Shown here one piece after another: positions 13,310 through 26,002 of a stretch of DNA of 64,000 bases (its first letter is position 1; every line of letters starts with the position of its first letter). The stretch covers positions 5,022,001 to 5,086,000 of the forward strand of contig OY986948.1 of assembly GCA_963920595.1 (NCBI GenBank), given 5' to 3'. The notes under the pieces are model-generated. The model ran no database searches and had not been told where the DNA came from. It was given only the letters and a program-made list of their open reading frames with translations. The stretch comes from Eimeria praecox (lineage: Eukaryota). A program made the position numbers and the translations under genes.

Positions 13310-14222
13310 CACGTGCAAGTTCAAAACGGCGCAAATCGCCAAGTCTGAGCTATGCTGCTAAGGTAGAGCAAAATCCTAATAAAAGGACTTGCTCTGAATG
13401 CCTAAAGCTGCAAGGTGACGTTCGGACGATCCCTTGAGTAAAAGTGCAGCGCGTTGAACGTAAGGGCCTCCATTAACCCAGCTAGTAAGCTGGTTGGCAG
13501 CACGCGCCTTCACCGGGCACGAATGCACCCCCAGGTGGACGGCTGTCCGCTGGGAAGCTATGCGTTTCCTGCACATGGAAAAATGCCCTAAATGCCACTA
13601 AGGGGTCTGCTTCGTGTATTTGATGCAACGTAATTTCGGGGCTAGATGATTCAAATCAAGCCTTGTTCCCTCGTCCTAATGCTCGCAGCAGCAGGCCTGA
13701 ATGGTTGCCCGGATCTACACCTTGACTTCTAGCTGTACTGCACGTGAAGGCGTTAGGACGAGCTTTATATGCCTGCATACTCCACGGATTCGTCGCGCAG
13801 ACCGTACGCTTTTGCATAGGTGAAGAACACACTTTCTGCTCTCGCAGTGTCGCCATCTTGTAAACAAACCGTGAGCCGGTTCTACACAGTTGTTTTGTGC
13901 ATGCTGCGCTTAAAATATAAACCCCTTGAGCCAATAATTCAGCTGCTAGCAACATGGTGTTAAGGCGGCGTGCTGCCATTTTGTTTTCACTGTGCGCTGG
14001 TGCATATCCTGCACAAGCTGGCGTGGCAGTTGCACCTTTAGTTCAGGCACCTGTCCCTTGCTTTGAAGTCAGTTTGCTTCTTGCAAAGTGCTGATTTGCA
14101 GAGCAAATCTTAACGCTTTTTATCACAGGTATTAGACGCCGAATGCGCTGACTCGAAGCCAGACTGCAGATGTTCCAGCACGCTTTTCTCTCTCGGAGGG
14201 AGATGCATTTGTTTTTCGCAGG
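13310..14222. repeat. Diverged upstream extension of the segmental duplication (paralog at ~20015-20903)
   Basis: Collinear conserved islands at offset ~6.7 kb: TCCATTAACCCAGCTAGTA (~13469/~20172), CTGCTTCGTRTATT (~13607/~20318), CTTGTAAACAA (~13857/~20531) and AATGCGCTGACTCGAAGCCAGACTG (~14142/~20825). The left boundary is approximate. Confidence 0.75.
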
Positions 14223-14302
14223 TCGTACGCTGTTCCAACGGCCTGTCATGCCATTGACCTCATCGCACCTATCGTCTGCCGCGGAATAACTCAGCTGGCG
14301 CT

Positions 14303-17300
14303 CACTGCAAGCAACCCGTTGCACTGTGCGCTGTGGTGAACAAGGCTCTCCCATACAGTTCTGTCCGCAGGTGGCGCCTTGCAAGAGGCTTTTGCTAGGA
14401 TGGGCAGGTGAAGGCCCTGCCACGTTACTTGTTGGAATGGATAGCAGTGGAACACGGCAATGAACATGCATCTGGAGTCAATGAGGAGATGCATATGTGC
14501 GCCAGATAAACTGGGTCATGTCCGGTTGTCTCGGCTAGTACGCTCCTGCAGGACCGTGGATTTGGGGACGGAATCGCCGTCTATTCCCATCCATGATTGG
14601 AGGCACTGATTTTGTTTTCTCTTAACTGATTGGGTAGCAGCTAGTCGTGTGATCGTGGGTGCCATTATCAACGGGATCGTGCCTGGGCGGTTCAGGCCAC
14701 CCGTCCCGCGAAGTAGAGTTATCCTTGATTAACTTGGCCTACCACAGGTTCTTCTCGGATGGGCTGCCAATGGAAAAAAAAGTATATGCCCCTTTCCAAA
14801 ACCTGTTGAACGCAGAGTACGCCGTTCAGCTCCCCGTAGTACGTACAATAATGCATGTACGCTTGGCGTTTGACAAAATCAAAACAACTTGTGGCATCAG
14901 CTCGTACGCCCCTGCTCATCGATCCGAATCAAGAGCAGAAAATTAAAATTGGGAGGCGGTTTAGAGCTGCTTTTGTCATGGCACTGTCTGGGTATCTCAC
15001 GGCAGAAAATTCGTGCACGGGGTTTACTTGCCTGCACCATTATAGCCTACTGTGCATACCTTTGGGCAGCATGGTAGCCCTGCACCAATGGAACGCTTGG
15101 ATTGATTCTTAGTGCGGCGCGCATTTTGTGAGCGCACACCATTCTTTGAATGTCAGAAAGAATGGGCTTAAATATGGAACGCATGAGCTGTGGCGCATTC
15201 GATTGTGCCAGAAAGTGTGTTTGGAGCAGTAATCGCTCTTCACGCAGGGCTAGTCTCTTACCACCACCTGGGGAGCTGAAAGCCCTTGCACTTTCGCATG
15301 CTCTGGAGGGAACGCAATTTATTGAATGCAGCAGATAATTTGCCCTTATTGGTGCACCTTGGTGCAACATCTGCATGCGATACCCTCTGCACTGGGAAGA
15401 AATCGAATGCGTGACCTTTTGCTGATGCTTCCCGTCAATGAAGGCTTCATGTAAAATTGTTTCACTAGAGAATGCTTCAAGCTACTAATCCCGTGTGGGA
15501 TTGTACACAGCCGTCTTCAGTTGTCAACAGAAAGAAGCCTTCGCGTTCACTCAACTGCTCGGGCGTGACTCTTTCCTTTCATCTTTCCAGTTTGTGATCA
15601 GCGCATAGAAATGCATTTCATGCATTATGTCTGCTACATGCCAATCAGTGCGTGATTGTGCCTCATAATGTTCGGTAGCGGCATCTGTACAATTCAGCTG
15701 TGCCACAGGCCGAACGTTAGTGAAGTTAGGCTGACTTCCCCGCCTGTATTTTTTTCTGGCCTGCATTCTTTATACCAGAAGCGACACAACCTAACTTCTA
15801 CAGTCATGTCATTTATGCTGTTTACACGGCCGTTGTGCCTTGTGCAAAGACTGGGTTTTCCTATGCGTGGGGCGTTTGCTGACCCCGTTTTGAAAGGACC
15901 CCCTGAAACGAGGACCCTCAACAGGTGCGCGAGTTTAGAAACTTGGATTCGCCTTTCTACAAACTAGTCGGCTGTACTTTCCACTATCAAAGCGAGTTCG
16001 TTTGTGGTCACTTGCAATCTATATGCATATTCCTAGCCCTACATTAACGAGAGATCGCTGGAGTGAACGCGGTTTCAAGCATTTGGAATCCTGAATCGCC
16101 GCTCGCAGATTGGCACCAAGAGTGGCCCCTGCAGTGGGGATTTGAAGGCGCTTTCACCTCACAAGTTTTGCGAATCGCCTCTATTACCAGTGTACTGGAG
16201 AGCAGCTGTGCCGAAGGGTTTGTGAGGTTGAATGCTGTTTGGTCTACGATATGGTGTGTGTGCCTGCGCTTTTGCATTTGGCAGGCTCCGTGCCACTACT
16301 CCAGTATGCTGCAGTAGGCTTACTCGCGCCCCGGGGGGGCATACAACCTCCGCCGCTCTAGCTTTGCTCGAAAGTTTATAGTGCTTTTTTGCACGATTAT
16401 TTGTTCTGGGATTCCCTCCACTAAGGGTTGCGCAGCCTCTAGGCCTCGCAGGAAATCGATGCGCCGAATGGCAGCCAAGGTGTCCATGTGGTAGTTCCTC
16501 CATGTGATTGCATCATTTGGATCTTGATCTGCTGCTGCTTACATGCCGGCTGTTCGTTAGGCCCTTCTATCATCAGGTGACGAAAGCTCTTGAAGATAAT
16601 TAGACTGCCTCGGTTGTAGTGCGTGGTCTGCCTGAGTTGTAGCGTATGGCTTTTTCTAAAAGGCAGGCGGGACAGTTTAACCGCATTGTGTGCCCCACCT
16701 TATTTTATGGACGAAGAGGTTCAAGGTCTAAAAGGCAGGCGGGACAGTTTAACCGCGTTGTATGCCCCACCTTATTTTATGGACGAAGTGGTTCAAGGTG
16801 GGCCTTTCCCTACGGCTTGCCGCGATGCGCACAAAGTGAGATGAACTTTTTCTGCCGTGTAAGCCGCCTTTTGAATTCTCAGCGAGTATGTTTGTAACGG
16901 CTGATGGTGTGATGACTAGCAAACCGAAGCCTGCAGCAGGAATTCGCCAAGCTGAGCTGGGAAGTATTTGTGCCCTAGCCACCGTTCTGAGAAGCGGGCG
17001 TTGGGGGAGCATTTGTGAGGAAACCTTGGCAGGCCGGGGGCTTCAATGTATTAGTCGAAAGTTGCCTTTGGTGTTCGAATAGGTTGCCCCAAAATACACT
17101 GGTAGCTACCAGTAGATGCAAATGGGCATCCGTGTGCGGCAGGGCCAGCTGCATGCACGCCCGAGAGCATGTTGATATTCGGCCACCGATGCGTCGGAAG
17201 CAGGCTTGGGACGGACCTTCTGGGGTTGACGTGAAGCTTCTCCCCTAGGGCTCTGCTTGGGCTTCAATCCACTTTTCCCGGGTGGTAGACGCCTGCCAAA

Positions 17301-18192
17301 ACAACGTTGTGGTCATAAAGGTTTCTTGTGGAACCAGTCTGCTCTTTTTCAGAATTCTTCAGCATCCGGTCCTGGAGGTTCTAAAGCTGGACAAATACTG
17401 AAATGCCCACGTGTAAACTGTTGTTCGCAACTTTCAGGGAGAACGGTGCGGGGTAACGAGCGCTCTTGCTCCAGCCTTTCTGCCCAGAACTCTGCGACGG
17501 AGGCTCTGAATTATATACTCGCTTTAGCGCGTACGTTGGTCGCTGCTTCTACCTAGGCGAAGTAGATTCAGCAAGCACGTTGAGTCTAGCTCAAGTGGCG
17601 CCCTTAATTTCTCTTTAACTTTAGAGCTATGCAGCAATTTACACGTGCGTCGTGCTTATGCTCTGTCATTTTTTAATCTCAGCGAGTAAAGGCCACTCAA
17701 ACGGGGAATCCAGGGAACGCAGCACCTTGCGTGCACTTGTAGCCACAAATCGCTCACCGTATTCCTGAAAAGACTTCCCAGACATGGGCAGCCTGCTGCG
17801 TCTTATCCCTTCCGACTGGAAAACTCGGCAGGCGATCTACCGCCGTAAGGTTCATGGACTAGCTGTATGGGTTTATGCTTAAGCTTTCCTGCTCAAGTCA
17901 ACTTGTACCGGGGCTCGGAATCAACATGAGTTGTTGTGTGCCCGGTTGTGTTGTGGACGTAAAGCATCTCAATCTTAGGGACTCTTCAAACCGGGCAAAG
18001 CCTTCAGAATTATGACTGTGCGTGCCGTCTGTGGAGAGGAAATCGCGCTGGTACGTCTCTCGAGTATCACCTGCTACAGGCAGGCTTTGCTCCAAGGGAC
18101 GGGAACAGGGGTAGTATGTAGAAACAACGAGCTGCGGCTCACGTCTCGTCTTCATATCCAAATGCAGTCGGCTCACAGTTTCATGCGCTATC
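14303..18192. repeat. Segmental duplication, copy A (~3.9 kb)
   Basis: Nearly identical to 21021-24911 at offset 6718-6719; ORF-track entries recur at that offset. Confidence 0.97.
16655..16798. repeat. 72-bp direct tandem duplication (2 copies)
   Basis: TCTAAAAGGCAGGCGGGACAGTTTAACCGC...GGTTCAAGG starts at 16655 and 16727; the copies differ by 3 substitutions. Confidence 0.95.
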
Positions 18193-21020
18193 CAATGATG
18201 GTAATGATGGGACAATATGGCATCATGGGTCCAAAGAATAGGTTAGGCTGGTCAGCGGATTGCGGGACTCGATGAGGAGCATCAGGCTACGTCTTGTGGC
18301 AGCGTGCCCACCTAAAACCACTATACGGCAAATTGCATTGAGTATGGGGTGTTATTGCTCTAGAGTCCTGCGACTAAGGAAGTGCGCTCCTGTCCCGTTG
18401 CAGACCCTAGAGGAGGTAAGAGCATGAAGTATCAGGCAGCGGTAATTCTAGTCCGCTTGCTGTCGTTTGACATTCCCGACTAAGGACAAAAGCGTGCTCT
18501 CTGCGAGACACCCAATTGTATATATTTTGAGAATTTGTATTTGATCTAGCGCATCTGTGTGCTGCGTTGTATACCATCGCACATTAAGCTTAGCGCAACA
18601 CCTGACACGGAAACCATATATGCAGCAGAGCATATCGCAGGCTTGGCCCATTGCATTTAACGCCTGAATAGACAAGATTTAGGAAGAAACCTTTGTTTGT
18701 GTTGGTGCGTACCCTTGGTGACGAGCTCACGCCTGTAATTCTCCAGCGTTAGCTACGCGTCTATCCTAGCTAGTGCGTGTGTGTCCGATGTTGCCCTATG
18801 CACTAGCAAGAAGAGCTGCCTGACGAGGAGATGTGGAGCATTTGACTATTTACCCAGATTACACTCACCAGATCAAAGCGTGAGCCATTCTTCGCACCAT
18901 GCAACTTGTGGATTGTGGTGTGTTTCACTAGATTTGCTGGTTGGAGGGGCCAGATTCGGCATTTGCTTGTAGCAAGCGCTGTGTCTTCGAAGATGACTTA
19001 AAACCCTTTTTGAGGGTATTCGGTTGCTCAAGGGAGTACGTTGTCTTCTGCATATGGTGAGAATGCTATTTCAGGCAAGTGCGGCTGTGTGTGGGTGCAG
19101 ATGTTGTATGCCTGGGTCTGGATCTAATTCATAGTAGAACCAACTGGATTCGGTCTTTGATTTCTTCTCCATGCTGCCGAGTCGGCGTCTCCTCAGCCAG
19201 AACATCGTGCCCTAATGCTGTATGATCTGCTGCTGCTGCTGCTTCTGACCACGTCTCTCCTCCGCTGCAGCAGGACACAGCTGACCCTCAAGCCCCATCC
19301 TGCCTAGATATGCAGCGGCGGTAGCATGAGCTGCTGTTGGACCCATCGCCGAACCCGACAGTTTAACTGGTCACGAATGATAACTGCCGGGTTTGGCTTT
19401 GTGGTGAGGAGAATCCACAGAACCACCTAACGCTGCTTTTGCTTGCTTCAGTTCCCTTCCTGCACCTTGAAGGCACTTGCCTCGATATATTTACCCTGCG
19501 ATTAATGAACCGCCTGCACCTTTCCTTGCATGCCATGTAACCATTGAGGTCCATATGATTGTTTTAGGATGTACGCTGGTGGAATCAATGGTATTTCCCA
19601 GGCACATTCTGTGCTGAACTTCGCGAAGACCTATGCCGTTAGGCCTTCACCACGGTCAGCACAGAGTATGCCACGTCGTTGCTCTCCATGTACCTAGTTT
19701 CTTCTATGGATCTGTCCGATTTCTCATTATGATTATGCATCGGCGATTTTCATTCCTCTCACTTCCTTGCCAGCAGCGTTGCTGCTACCTAAGCTTCCCG
19801 CTTGGAGGCAAAAACAGCCACAAACGCTATGCAGCGCGCAAGAGTGGCTGGGCCGCAGCATGCAGGGCTCGGCTATCTACTACACTGCATGTGCAACGCT
19901 TTAGGAAGTATGCTCCCCTTTAAAGCGCTGCAGTCGCCCGCCAAGCCCAACAGCAATAGGCTTTTGCACCGGCAGTGCAATTTCAGAAGTTTTATGTGCT
20001 ACAACATTTCCAGGTCTGTGCAAGTGCATGGGCTGTTCCAGTGAAGCTGAACAGCTGCTATGATAGTATACATCTTTTTTCCGCCTTCCTATTAAGTGCA
20101 CGTTGCCATATAGCACGCATCTATTCCCAGGAAGCCTCGAATGAATATAAAAGGCGTTGAGTTTAATGGCTTCCATTAACCCAGCTAGTAGGCGTGCTGC
20201 AGACAATAATCGTCTGTAGACAAAGATAATCTAGCGTAACTCTGTTCCCGTGAACCAAAAGCTAGGCTTTTAGGCTACGCATTTGCTGGTAAAGTGCAAC
20301 AAATAAATCTAACAAGCCTGCTTCGTATATTAGAGAAAAGGTGATATGAGAAGCAGATATGTTAACTTCTGTAATCTCATCCTCGTGAAATGCCAGCCTC
20401 AACAGGCATGCATAAGCCATTGTTTCGTAGGTCTATCGCGTAGGCCTTACGGTTTTCATTATATGGCGAGGGTACTCCTCCTCTTCCGAAACAAAGGCTT
20501 ATTCAATGAGTGCAGCGAGTAAGCATGTACCTTGTAAACAAGTCGAGAGCGTGCTAAATATGGCGTAGTGGCGCATCGTGCATTCACATTAAAGCCATGC
20601 CAGTGCACAGGGGGCCGGTAGTAACAGCGTGCAGTTGAGGAGGCGTGTCGCCAGAGTGTCTCTGGTGAATGTTCCTGCATACGCTGAATGTCCTGTGTGT
20701 TGGCAGCCAACTGTTTTGGCCACGCACCACTCCCTTGCTCCTGCTTTGACTTTGTTTTACTTTTCGACAGATGCTTCTTTGCAGGGCGAATCTTAGCTTA
20801 CCTTGTCGAATATATTAAACGCCCAATGCGCTGACTCGAAGCCAGACTGGAAGTTCCAGCACCCTTTTCTCTCTCCTAGGGAGATGCATTTGTTTTTCGC
20901 AGGAGGTAGGCCCTTGTCCCCCCTTCAAGCTTTCCTTGCCATAGATCGGCCCACACTCAGCGCGTATGAAGGCACTGCCCAACTGGATTCCACTACAGAC
21001 AATACGATGCTCTGGGATTC

Positions 21021-24000
21021 CACTGCAAGCAACCCGTTGCACTGTGCGCTGTGGTGAACAAGGCTCTCCCATATCGCTCTGTCCGCAGGTGGCGCCTTGC
21101 AAGAGGCTTTTGCTAGGATGGGCAGGTGAAGGCCCTGCCACGTTACTTGCTGGAATGGATAGCAGTGGAACACGGCAATGAACATGCATCTGGAGTCAAT
21201 GAGGAGATGCATATGTGTGCCAGATGAACTGGGTCATGTCCGGTTGCCACAGCTAGTGCGCTCTTGCAGAACCGTGGATTTGGGGACGGAATGGTCATGT
21301 ATTCCCATCCATGATTGGAGGCACTGATTTTGTTTTCTCTTAACTGATTGGGTAGCAGCTAGTCGTGTGATCGTGGGTGTCATTATCAACGGGATCGGGC
21401 CTGGGCGGTTCAGGCCACCCGTCCCGCGAAGTAGAGTTATCCTTGATTAACCTGGCCTACCACAGGTTCTTCTCGGATGGGCTGCCAGTGGAAAAAAAAG
21501 TATATGCCCCTTTCCAAAACCTGTTGAACGCAGAGTACGCCGTTCAGCTCCCCGTAGTACATATAATAATGCATGTATGCTTGGCATTTGACAAAATCAA
21601 AACAACTTGTGGCATCAGCTCGTACGCCCCTGCTCATCGATCCGAATCAAGAGCAGAAAATTAAAATTGGGAGGCGGTTTAGAGCTGCTTTTGTCATGGC
21701 ACTGTCTGGGTATCTCACGGCAGAAAATTCGTGCACGGGGTTTACTTGCCTGCACCATTATAGCCTGCTGTGCATACCTTTGGGCAGCATGGTAGCCCTG
21801 CACCAATGGAACGCTTGGATTGATTCTTAGTGCGGCGCGCATTTTGTGAGCGCACACCATTCTTTGAATGTCAGAAAGAATGGGCTTAAATATGGAACGC
21901 ATGAGCTGTGGCGCATTCGATTGTGCCAGAAAGTGTGTTTGGAGCAGTAATCGCTCTTCACGCAGGGCTAGTCTCTTACCACCACCTGGGGAGCTGAAAG
22001 CCCTTGCACTTTCGCATGCTCTGGAGGGAACGCAATTTATTGAATGCAGCAGATAATTTGCCCTTATTGGTGCACCTTGGTGCAACATCTGCATGCGATA
22101 CCCTCTGCACTGGGAAGAAATCGAATGCGTGACCTTTTGCTGATGCTTCCCGTCAATGAAGGCTTCATGTAAAATTGTTTCACTAGAGAATGCTTCAAGC
22201 TACTAATCCCGTGTGGGATTGTACACAGCCGTCTTCAGTTGTCATCAGAAAGAAGCCTTCGCGTTCACTCAACTGCTCGGGCGTGACTCCTTCCTTTCAT
22301 CTTTCCAGTTTGTGATCAGCGCATAGAAATGCATTTCATGCATTATGTCTGCTACATGCCAATCAGTGCGTGATTGTGCCTCATAATGTTCGGTAGCGGC
22401 ATCTGTACAATTCAGCTGTGCCACAGGCCGAACGTTAGTGAAGTTAGGCTGACTTCCCCGCCTGTATTTTTTTCTGGCCTGCATTCTTTATACCAGAAGC
22501 GACACAACCTAACTTCTACAGTCATGTCATTTATGCTGTTCACACGGCCGTTGTGCCTTGTGCAAAGACTGGGTTTTCCTATGCGTGGGGCGTTTGCTGA
22601 CCCCGTTTTGAAAGGACCCCCTGAAACGAGGACCCTCAACAGGTGCGCGAGTTTAGAAACTTGGATTCGCCTTTCTACAAACTAGTCGGCTGTACTTTCC
22701 ACTATCAAAGCGAGTTCGTTTGTGGTCACTTGCAATCTATATGCATATTCCTAGCCCTACATTAACGAGAGATCGCTGGAGTGAACGCGGTTTCAAGCAT
22801 TTGGAATCCTGAATCGCCGCTCGCAGATTGGCACCAAGAGTGGCCCCTGCAATGGGGATTTGAAGGCGCTTTCACCTCACAAGTTTTGCGAATCGCCTCT
22901 ATTACCAATGTACTGGAGAGCAGCTGTGCCGAAGGGTTTGTGAGGTTGAATGCTGCTTGGTCTACGATATGGTGTGTGTGCCTGCGCTTTTGCATTTGGC
23001 AGGCTCCGTGCCACTACTCCAGTATGCTGCAGTAGGCTTACTCGCGCCCCGGGGGGGCATACAACCTCCGCCGCTCTAGCTTTGCTCGAAAGTTTATAGT
23101 GCTTTTTTGCACGATTATTTGTTCTGGGATTCCCTCCACTAAGGGTTGGGCAGCCTCTAGACCTCGCAGGAAATCGATGCGCCGAATGGCAGCCAAGGTG
23201 TCCATGTGGTAGTTCCTCCATGTGATTGCATCATTTGGATCTTGATCTGCTGCTGCTTACATGCCGGCTGTTCGTTAGGCCCTTCTATCATCAGGTGACG
23301 AAAGCTCTTGAAGATAATTAGACTGCCTCGGTTGTAGTGCGTGGTCTGCCTGAGTTGTAGCGTATGGCTTTTTCTAAAAGGCAGGCGGGACAGTTTAACC
23401 GCATTGTGTGCCCCACCTTATTTTATGGACGAAGAGGTTCAAGGTCTAAAAGGCAGGCGGGACAGTTTAACCGCGTTGTATGCCCCACCTTATTTTATGG
23501 ACGAAGTGGTTCAAGGTGGGCCTTTCCCTACGGCTTGCCGCGATGCGCACAAAGTGAGATGAACTTGTTCTGCCGTGTAAGCCGCCTTTTGAATTCTCAG
23601 CAAGTATGTTTGTAACGGCTGATGGTGTGATGACTAGCAAACCGAAGCCTGCAGCAGGAATTCGCCAAGCTGAGCTGGGAAGTATTTGTGCCCTAGCCAC
23701 CGTTCTGAGAAGCGGGCGTTGGGGGAGCATTTGTGAGGAAACCTTGGCAGGCCGGGGGCTTCAATGTATTAGTCGAAAGTTGCCTTTGGTGTTCGAATAG
23801 GTTGCCCCAAAATACACTGGTAGCTACCAGTAGATGCAAATGGGCATCCGTGTGCGGCAGGGCCAGCTGCATGCACGCCCGAGAGCATGTTGATATTCGG
23901 CCACCGATGCGTCGGAAGCAGGCTTGGGACGGACCTTCTGGGGTTGACGTGAAGCTTCTCCCCTAGGGCTCTGCTTGGGCTTCAATCCACTTTTTCCGGG

Positions 24001-24911
24001 TGGTAGACGCCTGCCAAAACAACGTTGTGGTCATAAAGGTTTCTTGTGGAACCAGTCTGCTCTTTTTCAGAATTCTTCAGCATCCGGTCCTGGAGGTTCT
24101 AAAGCTGGACAAATACTGAAATGCCCACGTGTAAACTGTTGTTCGCAACTTTCAGGGAGAACGGTGCGGGGTAACGAGCGCTCTTGCTCCAGCCTTTCTG
24201 CCCAGAACTCTGCGACGGAGGCTCTGAATTATATACTCGCTTTAGCGCGTACGTTGGTCGCTGCTTCTACCTAGGCGAAGTAGATTCAGCAAGCACGTTG
24301 AGTCTAGCTCAAGTGGCGCCCTTAATTTCTCTTTAACTTTAGAGCTATGCAGCAATTTACACGTGCGTCGTGCTTATGCTCTGTCATTTTTTTAATCTCA
24401 GCGAGTAAAGGCCACTCAAACGGGGAATCCAGGGAACGCAGCACCTTGTGTGCACTTATAGCCACAAATCGCTCACCGTATTCCTGAAAAGACTTCCCAG
24501 ACATGGGCAGCCTGCTGCGTCTTATCCCTTCCGACTGGAAAACTCGGCAGGCGATCTACCGCCGTAAGGTTCATGGACTAGCTGTATGGGTTTATGCTTA
24601 AGCTTTCCTGCTCAAGTCAACTTGTACCGGGGCTCGGAATCAACATGAGTTGTTGTGTGCCCGGTTGTGTTGTGGACGTAAAGCATCTCAATCTTAGGGA
24701 CTCTTCAAACCGGGCAAAGCCTTCAGAATTATGACTGTGCGTGCCGTCTGTGGAGAGGAAATCGCGCTGGTACGTCTCTCGAGTATCACCTGCTACAGGC
24801 AGGCTTTGCTCCAAGGGACGGGAACAGGGGTAGTATGTAGAAACAACGAGCTGCGGCTCACGTCTCGTCTTCATATCCAAATGCAGTCGGCTCACAGTTT
24901 CATGCGCTATC
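21021..24911. repeat. Segmental duplication, copy B (~3.9 kb)
   Basis: Matches 14303-18192, with a 1-bp T-run insertion near 24390. Identity ends after CATGCGCTATC. Confidence 0.97.
23373..23516. repeat. 72-bp direct tandem duplication (the copy inside segdup B)
   Basis: Same two-unit repeat as 16655-16798 at offset 6718. Confidence 0.95.
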
Positions 24912-25807
24912 TCATGATGGTCATGCCAGGACCGCGGCCAGGGGAGCCTGTCTGATGGTCGCCTTTGCCTTCACGAATATGCTTGGCTGGCTTCTTGGAA
25001 CGGAGTACACGAATTCATCAGCTCGGTGGAGACTGGTGCATACTGTAATGCTGCCGTGTTCAGCGGGCCGAGAAATCGGGAGAAAGTCGCTGAGGCCGTC
25101 TTTTTCCCTGCTCGATGCAGAGTGTGTACGAAAAATATGGGGCGCACAGCATGCAAGCGCCATGCACACGGCATGTGGATGTCCATCACATCCAGTGCTT
25201 CTCCTTAGAGTGTATGTCCAGCTCCACTGCTCTTCATTAGAGAGCATATTTAGCTCCACCTATCGAATCGTGGAGGGAGCAGCAACAGGGCTGTGAAGCC
25301 TATACTCCAACAAGTGAATCTAGCTGGTTGTGCTTGCTGGATGACCGTAGAGAATCGAACTGTGCGCCTGCCGATATTTCCTGTTAGGAGCTAGACTTTT
25401 AAGCCTTTTGGTAGGTGTCAGTGCGTAGGATGAAGTTCATTTGTTTCGCTTAATCTGTTGTATATGGGGTCCGCCTAGCGAGTGCGTCTTTAGCATTCAG
25501 CTGCTTGACGGAAGCCAACCGCCACATCCTTATGAGGAGTGCCCGCCAGTTTGCTTCCCGCTGGTGAATCCGCATTGTTGCCATATCCGCGGGCTGTGGA
25601 ACAGTCGGAAGCAAGTGGCATTCTGCACTAATTTGTGGGCCTGCATTCATTTGCATAGCCTATCTTGACATCACAACAGTATAGTCTTGGCCACATAAAT
25701 AAATGCTTGTTGCAGCCCACATTTGCTTAACGTAGACGGATAGGCTGCACTTGTTCAGAGCCCTTTTGGCCATAAAAGTTATACAGTGAGCTGCAAACAG
25801 AACTGGT

Positions 25808-26002
25808 TGAGCTGGGAAGTATTTGAGCCCTAGCCACCGTTCTGAGAAGCGGGCGTTGGGGGAGCATTTGTGAGGAAACCTTGGCAGGCCGGGGGCTTCA
25901 ATGTATTAGTCGAAAGTTGCCTTTGGTGTTCGGATAGGCTGCCCCAAAATACACTGGTAACTACCAGTAGATGCAGGTGGGCATCCGTGTGCGGCAGGGC
26001 CA
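25808..26002. repeat. Third, isolated ~195-bp copy of an internal segdup segment (16953-17147 / 23671-23865)
   Basis: TGAGCTGGGAAGTATTTG...GTGTGCGGCAGGGCCA with only a few substitutions, and unrelated flanks. Confidence 0.93.

Noticed and set aside
14043..24955. Short ORFs duplicated in the segdup
   Set aside because: No motifs, overlapping on both strands, and conservation is explained by recent duplication. Small spliced exons cannot be excluded.
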